Assembly (NCBI GenBank): GCA_963675665.1
Contig: OY776510.1
Coordinates: forward strand, 736,001 to 800,000
DNA: 64,000 nt
Source of the DNA: Spirochaetia bacterium
Lineage (GTDB): Bacteria; Spirochaetota; Spirochaetia; UBA9216
Direction of reading: 5' to 3'
Positions 6,187 through 15,743 of this stretch are shown piece after piece. A model generated the notes under the pieces. That model made no database searches. It worked only from the letters and a program-made list of their open reading frames with translations, and was not told the DNA's origin. Within the stretch, counting starts at the first letter, position 1. Each line of letters starts with the position of its first letter. The translations under genes were made by a program, and so were the position numbers.

Positions 6187-9143
6187 TCGGTTTTCCCGGA
6201 ATTATCCAACGGGTGTTTTTCAAGCACACCCGTTTCCTGATTAAAAATAATTTTCACTGCTTTTTCCTGTTTTGTTATTTCAAGACTTCTTCCGTGGCTC
6301 TCAAATAAAACCCCCGGAAAAACATCGCCCCTAATCACAATATCACCGGGATAATGTTGTTCAAAACGTTCTTTAAGAGCAAAAACCCGCATACTGCGTT
6401 TTCCCATTATCTTCATCAGCTTGACTTTCTCCATACGAAGATTCGTCAGGTTCTTTTTTTCACCGTCTTTCTCAGCCTGTCTCATCTCGGGCTCTATCTT
6501 TACCAGGCGGGTTTTAATCTTATTAATTTCATTTTCCTCCGTCTCGATCCGGTCCGAAACAAGATAATCCTGACCAAAAGAGACTTCGGTACGGCTGCCG
6601 GAAAGCGACCCTATATTCTGGGCTTCAATCCCTTCCCGGGCCTGAATTCTGCCGCCGACAAGATAACCTTTCTCAGACAACAGTTTTAGTTTGCCGTTGC
6701 ATTTTACCTTGCATCCGAATATGGCATTCTTAACCGTGATATTACCGACAGCCAGCAGTGTGGCCCGTTCGGCAAATGCAAGCTGAATCGAGTCCTTGGC
6801 TCTCAGGATAGCTTTGCCGCCGCCCTTGATTCCCTGTGCTACGGCAATTGATTTTTCCGATGAAAGCAGGGACATCTCGGAATTCATTCCGATGGCTATA
6901 TTTCCGCCGGATATTACAAAAAACCCGTTTTTTACATTTCCTTTTACGTTAACGTCACCGCCGAATTTGATGTTTCCTGTATTAAAATCGACATCGCCCT
7001 TGATGAACAGGCTTTCCTGCACCTCAAGCCTGTTGTTTTCAAAAAGAACCCTGCCTGATTTGTCCGCGATCAAAAAAGTGTCGCCGTTTTCGTCTTTTTC
7101 TTCCCTGATATTGGCGCCTACATCAATATTCAACGGCGTAAGCTTTTTGGCAGCTATGGTTTTACCGCAGACATCCCAACCGTCTTCCGATTCACCTTCC
7201 ACTACGCGGATTTCAGCAATGATATCTCCTGCTTTTACGGATGTCATCTTGTTCTGTTTGCGGTAATTCGCTTTCCCGCTCTTGTCTATTGTAACAGCTT
7301 CACCGCCGGCAAGTTCTATCAGCCATTTCAATTTTGCCTCACCGGCATTCTTCGGAGCCTTCCCCATGGCAATCAGTGCCCCGGAAACACTTTCTCCGGA
7401 TCTCGCTTTCTCTACTGCCGATCTTACAGCATCGGCATTCAGTCCGTTTTTTATTCCGGCTTCATCGATAAGGCGGTTTGCTTCCTCCAGCGACGTCGGC
7501 GCACCCGTTCCCACAGCTGGTTCAGCCGATATTACGGCGGTCATTTTGTCATCCGAAAGTTTGATTTTAAAAGACGAGTCGGCATGCTCGCGTATCCGGA
7601 AGACCTTTTCCCCGTCTCTGTCAAAACGTTCAAGCAGACCTTTTGTCACCGATATTATTATTCCGCCTGCAATTTTTACGTTTTCCAGCGCCTTGTAAGA
7701 GTCCTGTTCTTCCGCATCAGGCTCAATACCGGCTCCGTATACGTCCGTACCCTTTTTACCTTCGTTTACCGGTAAAGACGCAATCTGCTGTTCCGCCTGC
7801 ACAAGAGCAAGTGCTGATGCTTCTTCGGGAGGATACTCAACGGCAGATTCAATTGCGGAAAGGTAATCTTCGGAGACGCCGGGTATACGCTTTTTAATTT
7901 CATCTGCAGTCGAATCGGGAAGAAATTCCAGCTCATAAATCAGCTCGCCTGCCTCTCCGCTTTCAGCTGCAGTTCCCTCGCAAAGAGGAATTACCGTATC
8001 AACTTCCGGTCCGCGGTTAAATTCAAGGATGAGCTCCTGAATCTTCTTCAGATCCATCTGTTTAAGACCGCTCGCCTTTATTGCCGCTCCTACCTGCTTC
8101 AGTACAAGAGGCTTGCCGTTTCCCCGGCCTTTATGCATTACAAGATCAGCCTTGAGTTTGTCCTCGCTGATTTTAAACTCAAAAAAGCCGTCGTCATCCA
8201 GGCTGATCACCGCTCTTTCAAGGACCTTGCCTGTCTCTATCGCCGTATTGATTATTTCATTCAGCCGAACTTCGGAAACAAGCGTTTCAACCTCACAGCC
8301 GAGCATTTTTGCCCTCTCAAAGATTTCCGCCGGATCCGGGGGGCTTGATTCGGGACCGCCCGGGTTGAATTTCAGAAGGCAGGTATTTTTATCTTTCGAA
8401 AGCTCAAGAGACCAGTCGTGGGTTCTAAACGGAAAAACCTCCGCCCAATTGCTGCCTCGGCGAAGAATTCCGGGCTCTGTAGCAATAAGAGCAGCGCCCC
8501 GGGATTCTATTCCTCTTCCGAGATAAAACTCATCCTCATCCGTTAACGGAGATACGGGCTTTCCATAAACATCCTTGCCCGGCTTGCCGGTCTGCCCCGG
8601 TTTTATATCAGCTATTTTCTCTCCCGTCTCCACCAGGCCGGCGGCAATAACATCCGGAATTATTTCAACCCGGATCCTGTTTTCACGTTTTACGTTTTCT
8701 ACAACCGTTTCAGTCTTTTCTTTCCCGAAAGGCAGCAGGCCTTTCTTTTTTACGACTTTTTCCTGTTTTATCTTTTCAATTTCTGTTTTATATATTTCCG
8801 GAGTCGGCGTATTTTCAAGAACGCGGAGTATATCATCCTTCAGTTCATCGGGAATCACAGCTTCTGCCCATTTGTACTCTTCCGGTTCCGACGGTTCGGC
8901 AGGGTCACCTTCGGCTATGGTAATATTAAGTTCTTCGGAAGACAGAAAGAGCGATTCCAGATCTTTTTCAAATTTCGATCTGTCGAACCCGTAAACAATC
9001 TGCTTTTCAGAAACGAGTTGAGTAAACGCCTGAATATCCCATTCAGATCCTTCTTCATCAGGAATAAAATGCAGGACCGCAAGCATACCTTCATCATCAG
9101 CATCAATATTGGCCCGACCTTTTATTTTCTTTTCTTCCGCCAT
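6183..9143 (-). CDS. fapA: FapA (DUF342) family protein, long form
   Basis: IKGDVDFNTGNIKFGGDVNVKGNV beta-solenoid; repeated xKxSxDKxxA N-terminal modules; C-terminal coiled coil and VFPGV. Confidence 0.85.
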   Translation of the reverse strand: MAEEKKIKGRANIDADDEGMLAVLHFIPDEEGSEWDIQAFTQLVSEKQIVYGFDRSKFEKDLESLFLSSEELNITIAEGDPAEPSEPEEYKWAEAVIPDELKDDILRVLENTPTPEIYKTEIEKIKQEKVVKKKGLLPFGKEKTETVVENVKRENRIRVEIIPDVIAAGLVETGEKIADIKPGQTGKPGKDVYGKPVSPLTDEDEFYLGRGIESRGAALIATEPGILRRGSNWAEVFPFRTHDWSLELSKDKNTCLLKFNPGGPESSPPDPAEIFERAKMLGCEVETLVSEVRLNEIINTAIETGKVLERAVISLDDDGFFEFKISEDKLKADLVMHKGRGNGKPLVLKQVGAAIKASGLKQMDLKKIQELILEFNRGPEVDTVIPLCEGTAAESGEAGELIYELEFLPDSTADEIKKRIPGVSEDYLSAIESAVEYPPEEASALALVQAEQQIASLPVNEGKKGTDVYGAGIEPDAEEQDSYKALENVKIAGGIIISVTKGLLERFDRDGEKVFRIREHADSSFKIKLSDDKMTAVISAEPAVGTGAPTSLEEANRLIDEAGIKNGLNADAVRSAVEKARSGESVSGALIAMGKAPKNAGEAKLKWLIELAGGEAVTIDKSGKANYRKQNKMTSVKAGDIIAEIRVVEGESEDGWDVCGKTIAAKKLTPLNIDVGANIREEKDENGDTFLIADKSGRVLFENNRLEVQESLFIKGDVDFNTGNIKFGGDVNVKGNVKNGFFVISGGNIAIGMNSEMSLLSSEKSIAVAQGIKGGGKAILRAKDSIQLAFAERATLLAVGNITVKNAIFGCKVKCNGKLKLLSEKGYLVGGRIQAREGIEAQNIGSLSGSRTEVSFGQDYLVSDRIETEENEINKIKTRLVKIEPEMRQAEKDGEKKNLTNLRMEKVKLMKIMGKRSMRVFALKERFEQHYPGDIVIRGDVFPGVLFESHGRSLEITKQEKAVKIIFNQETGVLEKHPLDNSGKTE

Positions 9144-9145
9144 AA

Positions 9146-10288
9146 TTAAATTTTATAACCCTGCTCAGAAGCCTTTATGAGCTTGCTTTTCAGAAGATTA
9201 TTCTCCTTGCGTAAAACCGATATCTCATATTGCTGGCTCTTTACAGTTTCTATCAATTCTCCCTTTGTCAGAGCCCCGCTATGCAGCAGGCTTTCAAGAT
9301 CCTGCTGTTTATAGTCAAAATCAAGTTCCGCCTCCATTTCGGCATTCTGATATGTTTCCTCAAGATTCTGTATATCAAGTATGGACTGATCCTCCGAACT
9401 TTTTTGAATAATTCTGTCGGCTATCCGGTAAACAGCCATGGAGATGACAGATTCAGGTTTATATTTGATTATAGGAAGCCGGGAGTTAAGGGCAACATCC
9501 TGAAGATGATCCCTGTAGATTACCCCGAGATATTCCATATCAACCCCGAGGTACTGTTCACATGATCTTTTTATTTTTTCAGCTTTAACCGAATCCTTTG
9601 GATCCTCAATCATGTTCATCACAAGCATCGGCGAAAAAATTTCCATTTTTTTCATAAATGAAGCATGTTTGACGGAATCCAGGCTCTCAAGTTTATCGAG
9701 CAGCCCCGGAATATAAATCCTCTGCAGCCCGTCACCGTCGGCTGAAATATCATCCAGATATAAACGCGCGGGACTTTTTCCTGTAAAGCTTGTTGTTATC
9801 ATCCTGAAAACCACATTCTTCAAAAAAAGATAAGCATTAAGCGTCGCCGTTAAAGCCGGCGCGGTCACAATTATCCCTGTTGACGACAACAGAAAAAAAT
9901 CGAGGGTATTAAATGAGGTTCCGGCCCCGAGATCAACAACAACAAAATCGGCTTCAAGCGATTTAATATTGCTGATCAGGGATCGTTTCCGGGCCGAGGA
10001 AATATTGGCAAGTCCGGGAATTTCCGCATCTCCGGGAATAAATTTCATTCCGGGGTATTCCGATTCAATTATGATGTCTTTGAAATCCATATCGGTCCTG
10101 GTCAGCCATGTTCCGATTCCGGACCCGTTTTTACCGCTGCCCAGCATCATGTGAAGGTTTGAACCGCCGAGGTCCAGATCTGCCAATACTACATCTTTTC
10201 CAGCCTGAGACAGGGCTATTGAAAGGTTAACAGCAAGCAGCGATTTGCCTACGCCGCCTTTGCCGCCTGCAATTGGAATAATATGCAT
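9146..10288 (-). CDS. MinD/FlhG-like P-loop ATPase with C-terminal coiled-coil extension
   Basis: GGKGGVGKS, DLDLGGSNL and VVDLGAGTS motifs. Confidence 0.88.
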   Translation of the reverse strand: MHIIPIAGGKGGVGKSLLAVNLSIALSQAGKDVVLADLDLGGSNLHMMLGSGKNGSGIGTWLTRTDMDFKDIIIESEYPGMKFIPGDAEIPGLANISSARKRSLISNIKSLEADFVVVDLGAGTSFNTLDFFLLSSTGIIVTAPALTATLNAYLFLKNVVFRMITTSFTGKSPARLYLDDISADGDGLQRIYIPGLLDKLESLDSVKHASFMKKMEIFSPMLVMNMIEDPKDSVKAEKIKRSCEQYLGVDMEYLGVIYRDHLQDVALNSRLPIIKYKPESVISMAVYRIADRIIQKSSEDQSILDIQNLEETYQNAEMEAELDFDYKQQDLESLLHSGALTKGELIETVKSQQYEISVLRKENNLLKSKLIKASEQGYKI

Positions 10289-10351
10289 TTAAACCTCCGA
10301 ACGAATGAAAGTATATCATGAAGCCCTAATCACGGAAAGACACTTCAATAC

Positions 10352-10380
10352 TTGATGATCAACGGCAGTAATATTATTAT
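10352..10380 (+). promoter_or_regulatory. Putative sigma70 promoter of ctpA-rsmE-tagA
   Basis: TTGATG-17 nt-TATTAT, then AGAGG RBS and ATG at 10399. Confidence 0.55.
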
Positions 10381-10398
10381 TTATAACAGAGGTAAAAG

Positions 10399-11841
10399 AT
10401 GAAAAATAAAGAACGAATAATCTGGCTTGGAGTTACGGTTGTACTGGCTGCCGCCTTTATTTTCACAACTGCAAGCCCTATGAGGGCTTCCACTTCAGGA
10501 ACAGAAAGCGAAAGATATATCGAAAACCTTTCAGTACTGTTCGATTTCATACAGGATAACTATGTTGACGAGGTAAGCCCGCAGCAGCTCTATGAAGGCG
10601 CTGCCGTGGGTTTGTTTGAAAGTCTGAATGACCCGTATTCAGTATACCTTACCCCTGAAGACATGGAAGACTTTTCAGATACGACAACAGGCAGTTTCGG
10701 CGGAGTAGGTATGTTTATCTCAAAACAGGGGGGCGAACGACCTGAATATTCCTCCGACATGACCTTCCGTGAAAGATATTTTGATTTTGTAGAGGTCATT
10801 TCTCCCATTGAAGGAACACCGGCATACAAAGCAGGAATTTCCGCAGGCGATTTTATTTTAACAATAAACGGCGAATCAGCCGAAGGGTTTTCAAGCGACG
10901 AAGCAGCCGATATTCTGAGGGGCGTTCCGGGAACAGAGGTGAGCCTGACTATCGTCCGGCGCGGAGGAATTACAAAAACCTATACGCTGAAGAGAGCGGT
11001 GATTGAAGTTCCCACGGTAAAATACGCAATGATAGACAACGAAACGGCATATCTTAAAATAGTTAGATGGACGCCTTACACCGAGGAAAGCGTCCGGGAA
11101 GCTGCCGAGTTTTTCAAAAAAAATGAATACCAGTCGCTGATTATTGATGTGCGCGGCAATCCCGGCGGGCTTTTGTCCAGCGTTGTCGATACTGCCGACC
11201 TTTTTCTTGATAAGGGAACAATCGTCAGCACCAAAGACAGGAACATGGTCACCCTCGAAGATTTCAGGGCCTCAAGAAAGCTTTCAATACCCAAAGACAT
11301 TCCAATTATTCTCCTGACGGACAAGGGTTCGGCTTCAGCATCCGAAATTCTCGCCGGGGCGCTCAAGGACACAGGCAGGGCCTATCTCATAGGCGATACG
11401 ACCTTCGGCAAGGGTTCGGTCCAGCAAATCCGGGGATTCGGCGACAGCGGCTTCAAACTGACCATTTCACGCTACTATACACCTGATGATTACAACATCG
11501 ATAAAATAGGAATTGAACCGCATCTGAAATTAACCGAGGACGAGTTAAACGACGAAGAACTTGAAAGTCTTGCCCGGCTTGTTGAAAACAATACAATCGC
11601 CGTTTTTGTAAACGATAACCCTGTGGAACAAAAAGATCTTACAGACAGTTTTGTCGCCGAACTTAAAAACGACGGCTGTATTCTTGAAGACAGGCTGATC
11701 CGCAAACTGATCAGGGAAGAATACAACCGAAGCCTGAATGATCCTCCGGTTTATGATCTCGAATACGACAAGGTTCTGAACTATTCGCTTAACCTGTTTA
11801 AAAGTGGAAACTACGAAGCCGCGTTGAAAGCGGTTAATTAG
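10399..11841 (+). CDS. ctpA: S41A carboxyl-terminal processing protease
   Basis: N-terminal anchor, DPYSVY, PDZ domain, DVRGNPGGLL, SASASEILAGAL and TFGKGSVQ. Confidence 0.95.
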   Translation: MKNKERIIWLGVTVVLAAAFIFTTASPMRASTSGTESERYIENLSVLFDFIQDNYVDEVSPQQLYEGAAVGLFESLNDPYSVYLTPEDMEDFSDTTTGSFGGVGMFISKQGGERPEYSSDMTFRERYFDFVEVISPIEGTPAYKAGISAGDFILTINGESAEGFSSDEAADILRGVPGTEVSLTIVRRGGITKTYTLKRAVIEVPTVKYAMIDNETAYLKIVRWTPYTEESVREAAEFFKKNEYQSLIIDVRGNPGGLLSSVVDTADLFLDKGTIVSTKDRNMVTLEDFRASRKLSIPKDIPIILLTDKGSASASEILAGALKDTGRAYLIGDTTFGKGSVQQIRGFGDSGFKLTISRYYTPDDYNIDKIGIEPHLKLTEDELNDEELESLARLVENNTIAVFVNDNPVEQKDLTDSFVAELKNDGCILEDRLIRKLIREEYNRSLNDPPVYDLEYDKVLNYSLNLFKSGNYEAALKAVN

Positions 11842-11855
11842 GTCGTACAGCTGCA

Positions 11856-12623
11856 ATGAGACAGTTTGTTTTACCGCCCGATTACGACGGTTCCGGAAGT
11901 ATCCGTATTTCCGGCGGAGACGCAAAATATATCCTCAAGGTGCTAAGGCTTAAAGAGGGCGAGGCCTTCCCGGCAGTTGACCGTACCGGAAAACGATTCA
12001 GGCTGCAGATTTCACAGACCGGCGGAGGATTCTTCACAGCTTCGGTACAACCGTCTGAAGCCGGGGCCCCGCCGGATACACAGACAGTTTTAATGCAGTG
12101 CCTTCCCAAAGGAAAAAAACTCGAACTTATTGTCAGGCAGGCCGTTGAAGCCGGCGTTTCCATGATAATCCCCGTCGAAAGCGCCCATTCTATTGCACGA
12201 ATCAACAATGAACGTGAAGGAAAGAAAACCGATCGCCTTTCCAAAATTGCCGAAGAAGCAGCCCAGCAGAGCGGCAACAGGGGAGTTCCCGAGATAACGC
12301 CTCCCGTCACAATCAGCAAACTGCCGGCCCTGCTTTCAGAAAAGGGAATAAGCGGATTAAAACTTTTTTTTCATCAGGAAAGGCTTGAAAAAGGAAGCCT
12401 TCACGGGTACCTTAAAGGCGATTGTAATTCAGTCTGCCTGCTGATTGGTCCTGAGGGAGGTTTATCAGCAGATGAAACAGATTTTCTGCTTGCATCCGGT
12501 TTTTATCCGGTTTATCTTGGAGAAAACGTCCTTAGAACTGAAACCGCGGCAATTTATGCTTTAGGTGCGGTCAATACAATTCTGATGGAGAAAAATGAGT
12601 GGAAAACAGACATCCGGGAATAA
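11856..12623 (+). CDS. rsmE: 16S rRNA m3U1498 methyltransferase
   Basis: KVLRL, EAAQQSG, LIGPEGGLS and LGENVLRTETA motifs. Confidence 0.95.
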   Translation: MRQFVLPPDYDGSGSIRISGGDAKYILKVLRLKEGEAFPAVDRTGKRFRLQISQTGGGFFTASVQPSEAGAPPDTQTVLMQCLPKGKKLELIVRQAVEAGVSMIIPVESAHSIARINNEREGKKTDRLSKIAEEAAQQSGNRGVPEITPPVTISKLPALLSEKGISGLKLFFHQERLEKGSLHGYLKGDCNSVCLLIGPEGGLSADETDFLLASGFYPVYLGENVLRTETAAIYALGAVNTILMEKNEWKTDIRE

Positions 12624-13351
12624 AGAGAATAAACTTTTTAAAGGTTCCTGTAGATATTCTTCCCGAAGATCAGATTGAAAACGTATTTAAAACTCTTTCT
12701 GAAGACGGAAAGAAACATCAGGTTGTTCTTATTAATTTCTTCGATCTGATGAAAGCAAGACGAAGTAAAGAATTCATGAAAACGCTCAGGGAATCAAGCC
12801 TTGTTATTCCGACCGCAGGAAGTCTTTTGCGCGGAATAAAATTCCTGAAGAAGGATCCGGCGTTCAGATACCGCCCGTTCGATTTTGTAATCAGAATCCT
12901 GGGCCTGATGGAACAGCAGCAAAAAACGCTTTATCTCATCGGCGGCAGACAGCATTCGCTTCAAACCGTATTCAACAATATGAGGATTTCATTCCCTGGA
13001 CTGAATATTGTAGGACGCTATACGGGGTATTATCCTGCCCAGGTTGAAGAAAATATACTCGTCGCAATAAAAAAAGCGTCGCCGTCTTTTCTGCTGGCCG
13101 GAGACGGACTGAAAGGCGGGGACAAATGGCTGAACAACCGCAAAGAAGCGTTTAACCCGGGAATATATCTCTACTGCAGCGAGTGTTTTGCAATCTTCAG
13201 CGGCAAGAAGAAAAAAGGCGCCAGAAAAAACTGGGAGAACGGCACGGAAATAATACCGGAAGTATTTAAAAACCCCTTAAAGATATTCAGGGTATTCATA
13301 AGGTTTTATTATGTTCTGCTTCTTCTGATTTACAGGATCTCGGGAAAATAG
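12599..13351 (+). CDS. WecB/TagA/CpsF-family glycosyltransferase (GT26)
   Basis: INFLKVPVD, LYLIGG, FPGLNIVGRYTGY and IKKASPSFLLAG pattern. Confidence 0.8.
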   Translation: MENRHPGIKRINFLKVPVDILPEDQIENVFKTLSEDGKKHQVVLINFFDLMKARRSKEFMKTLRESSLVIPTAGSLLRGIKFLKKDPAFRYRPFDFVIRILGLMEQQQKTLYLIGGRQHSLQTVFNNMRISFPGLNIVGRYTGYYPAQVEENILVAIKKASPSFLLAGDGLKGGDKWLNNRKEAFNPGIYLYCSECFAIFSGKKKKGARKNWENGTEIIPEVFKNPLKIFRVFIRFYYVLLLLIYRISGK

Positions 13352-13365
13352 TAACTGAACATCTG

Positions 13366-13827
13366 TTAATCATAAAGTCTGAGATACTCGTAGGCTTCAC
13401 TCAATTTTGAGCTGATGTTGCGGGTTATTAATCTGCCGTAAAGCATTCTAATTACCGGGAAAAAGCTGATTGCGCCGATAAAATCGGTTATAAACCCGGG
13501 AAGTAGCAGAAGCAGCCCGCCGAACAGGGCGCCGGCCAGCTGAATCATGTCTTTTTCCGAATAAACCCCCTCGGAGACTCCCTCGCGGATTAATTTTATT
13601 CGTGAGGATATTTCATTATAACTTAAAAACAGTCCGATTATCCCTGTTATAGCTGCCACGGCAAGTGTAAAGTATACGCCCAGGAACCCGCTGATAAACT
13701 GTATTATGAAAATCTCCCCGAGAACAACCAAAGACAAGCCCAATATTACAAAGGCCGCTTTCAGGACAAATCCCGGGTCAAGAAACTTTAATAAAAACCT
13801 TGTATTCATTGACGATAACAATATCAT
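13366..13827 (-). CDS. fxsA: FxsA-family membrane protein
   Basis: GGLLLLLPGFITDFIG signature. Confidence 0.85.
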   Translation of the reverse strand: MILLSSMNTRFLLKFLDPGFVLKAAFVILGLSLVVLGEIFIIQFISGFLGVYFTLAVAAITGIIGLFLSYNEISSRIKLIREGVSEGVYSEKDMIQLAGALFGGLLLLLPGFITDFIGAISFFPVIRMLYGRLITRNISSKLSEAYEYLRLYD

Positions 13828-14507
13828 AAATCGGGATCAATCGTCCAGCCGTGGCCGGAAGCTGTCCGGATAAGACCGTTGAATCCTCCGGTACCTGCTT
13901 CGTTACCTTTTTGAACAATGCATATAATCTTCTGTCTGAGCCTGGAAATATGCATATCAACTGCCCTGGAAGCATCCGCCGTTTCGAGGCCGAGAAGGGT
14001 GGAAATCATCGATCTGTTCATAAAACATCCGCGGTTACGCAAAAGGGCCGTAAGTATTACCGTCTCAGATCTCGACAGATCTTCCGTTTCGACAGGTTCT
14101 TCAGCCAAAAAATACACGATTTTTCTGCCGGGGGATAATACAATGACGCCTTCTCCGGCGGCAGCTGCCAGAGGTTTCCTGCACCGGACGGCCCTTGCGA
14201 AAAACTCTGCAGGTGTCCATGGTTCACAAAGATAATCTTCGCTGCCGGCAGCAAGAGTCAACGCCATGGTTTCAGCCGGGCCGTATGCAAGGACAGGGGG
14301 AAGAAGAAGCTTTGCAGGGACTTTGGATTCAAAATATTCAGGAAGACATTCCGCAGGCATTACACAGAGGTCGCTTTCCAGGTTATGATTATTTTTTTCC
14401 GCAAAAAAAAGCTGTACGTCAGGAATCCGCTTCCTGTACAGCTTTAATTTTTGTCTGGTTATACTGTCGCATCCGCAAACGGAAATACGGCATTCCGGAA
14501 AAGGCAC
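13824..14507 (-). CDS. OmpR/PhoB-type winged-helix regulator with degenerate receiver domain
   Basis: AGSEDYLCEPW, LSRSETVILTALL, SRAVDMHISRLRQKI and IRTASGHGW. Confidence 0.75.
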   Translation of the reverse strand: MPFPECRISVCGCDSITRQKLKLYRKRIPDVQLFFAEKNNHNLESDLCVMPAECLPEYFESKVPAKLLLPPVLAYGPAETMALTLAAGSEDYLCEPWTPAEFFARAVRCRKPLAAAAGEGVIVLSPGRKIVYFLAEEPVETEDLSRSETVILTALLRNRGCFMNRSMISTLLGLETADASRAVDMHISRLRQKIICIVQKGNEAGTGGFNGLIRTASGHGWTIDPDL

Positions 14508-14524
14508 GAATTCTGCCCGTTAAA

Positions 14525-15076
14525 TCAGCCCAGAAAAACCTGACCCGAATTATCTATTGCAAGAATCGTTTTGCATTCAGAACATCTGAAGCGCCCGGAT
14601 TTTGTTGCTTTCAGTTTCTTTGAACATATCGGACACTGAAAAATCTTTGGAAACACGTCCGAACTTTTTGTTCCGCCGCTGGCCCCGAAAAACTCTACCG
14701 CTTCGGTCAAATTGTCCTTGATGTTGAAAAACTGCGAAAATCCGAGAAGCTGAAATACCTCATAAACCTTCGGCTGGATTTCCAGAAGAACCAGATCGCC
14801 GCCTCTTGGTCTTACAGCTTTGAGAAAAGCTGTAAATGAACCGATACCTGTACTCGATACGTAATTCAATCCGCTGCAGTTAAAAATCAGCTTGATGAAA
14901 CCGGCTTCGATAGCCTTGGTTACTCTTTTCTGGAAAAAGTTTGAATTGTATGTATCAATGTACCCGGTTAAAAATAACACCAGGCATCCTTCTACGCCTT
15001 CAACCGCCTGTAGCTTAATTCGGAGACTGTCGTCTTTTTCCTCGTCAAATCCTGTTACTATATCGTTATTACTCAT
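14525..15076 (-). CDS. STAS-domain anti-sigma-factor antagonist with C-terminal zinc ribbon
   Basis: LNYVSSTGIG phospho-Ser motif; VYEVFQLLGF; CPIC...CSEC. Confidence 0.88.
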   Translation of the reverse strand: MSNNDIVTGFDEEKDDSLRIKLQAVEGVEGCLVLFLTGYIDTYNSNFFQKRVTKAIEAGFIKLIFNCSGLNYVSSTGIGSFTAFLKAVRPRGGDLVLLEIQPKVYEVFQLLGFSQFFNIKDNLTEAVEFFGASGGTKSSDVFPKIFQCPICSKKLKATKSGRFRCSECKTILAIDNSGQVFLG

Positions 15077-15215
15077 TGTACCTCAACCTGCTCTTAGTTT
15101 AACAGCCAAATAACAGTTTTTCAATATAGATTATAAATTAATACTATATGATCGGCCTAAATTTCAATTAAATTAATAGCATGTTCCTAAAAAAGGTCAT
15201 AATAACATATAATTC

Positions 15216-15244
15216 TTGACCTGAGGCATTATAAATCTTAAAAT
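15216..15244 (+). promoter_or_regulatory. Sigma70 promoter predicted to give a leaderless mRNA
   Basis: TTGACC-17 nt-TAAAAT-7 nt-ATG(15252); no SD. Confidence 0.75.
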
Positions 15245-15251
15245 TACATTC

Positions 15252-15734
15252 ATGAGCAAGATAGTTAAAAAGTTGTTTGCAATTCTGCTGATAACTGCCA
15301 CGGCCGTATGCCTTTATGCCCAACCCGCGGAATCGTCCGCACCGGACATTGATTTATCGTTGACTGTTATTTCACTTGCAAAAGCAGTAGAGACCGGAAG
15401 GGGTATTCCAGCCGCGGGAACCCCGGTAATAATCAACGGGACCGTAATTGAACGCACCCTGATTGACGGGGAGAAAGAAACCTTCGCAGGCGAGTTAATA
15501 ATTGCAAGCGGAGAATGGGTAAGTTCTGCCGAAGTCGAAGTATCCAGGTGCGCCGTCCTTCTTAACGGGCCCAGGTTTGCAGACACAATTCCGGCAAGAC
15601 GATCCAGAACTGTCAACCCGAAAGAAATAGAGACCAATTCCGAATTAATTGTTTACGGAGTTTATCTCGGATATGCGGATACCGACGACGGTCCGCTTGC
15701 TGTTTTACAGGCGTACGACGTAAGAAAACTCTGA
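15252..15734 (+). CDS. Secreted hypothetical protein (possible OB-like fold)
   Basis: Signal peptide MSKIVKK...LYA; 160 aa. Confidence 0.7.
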   Translation: MSKIVKKLFAILLITATAVCLYAQPAESSAPDIDLSLTVISLAKAVETGRGIPAAGTPVIINGTVIERTLIDGEKETFAGELIIASGEWVSSAEVEVSRCAVLLNGPRFADTIPARRSRTVNPKEIETNSELIVYGVYLGYADTDDGPLAVLQAYDVRKL

Positions 15735-15743
15735 TCTTTCCGT

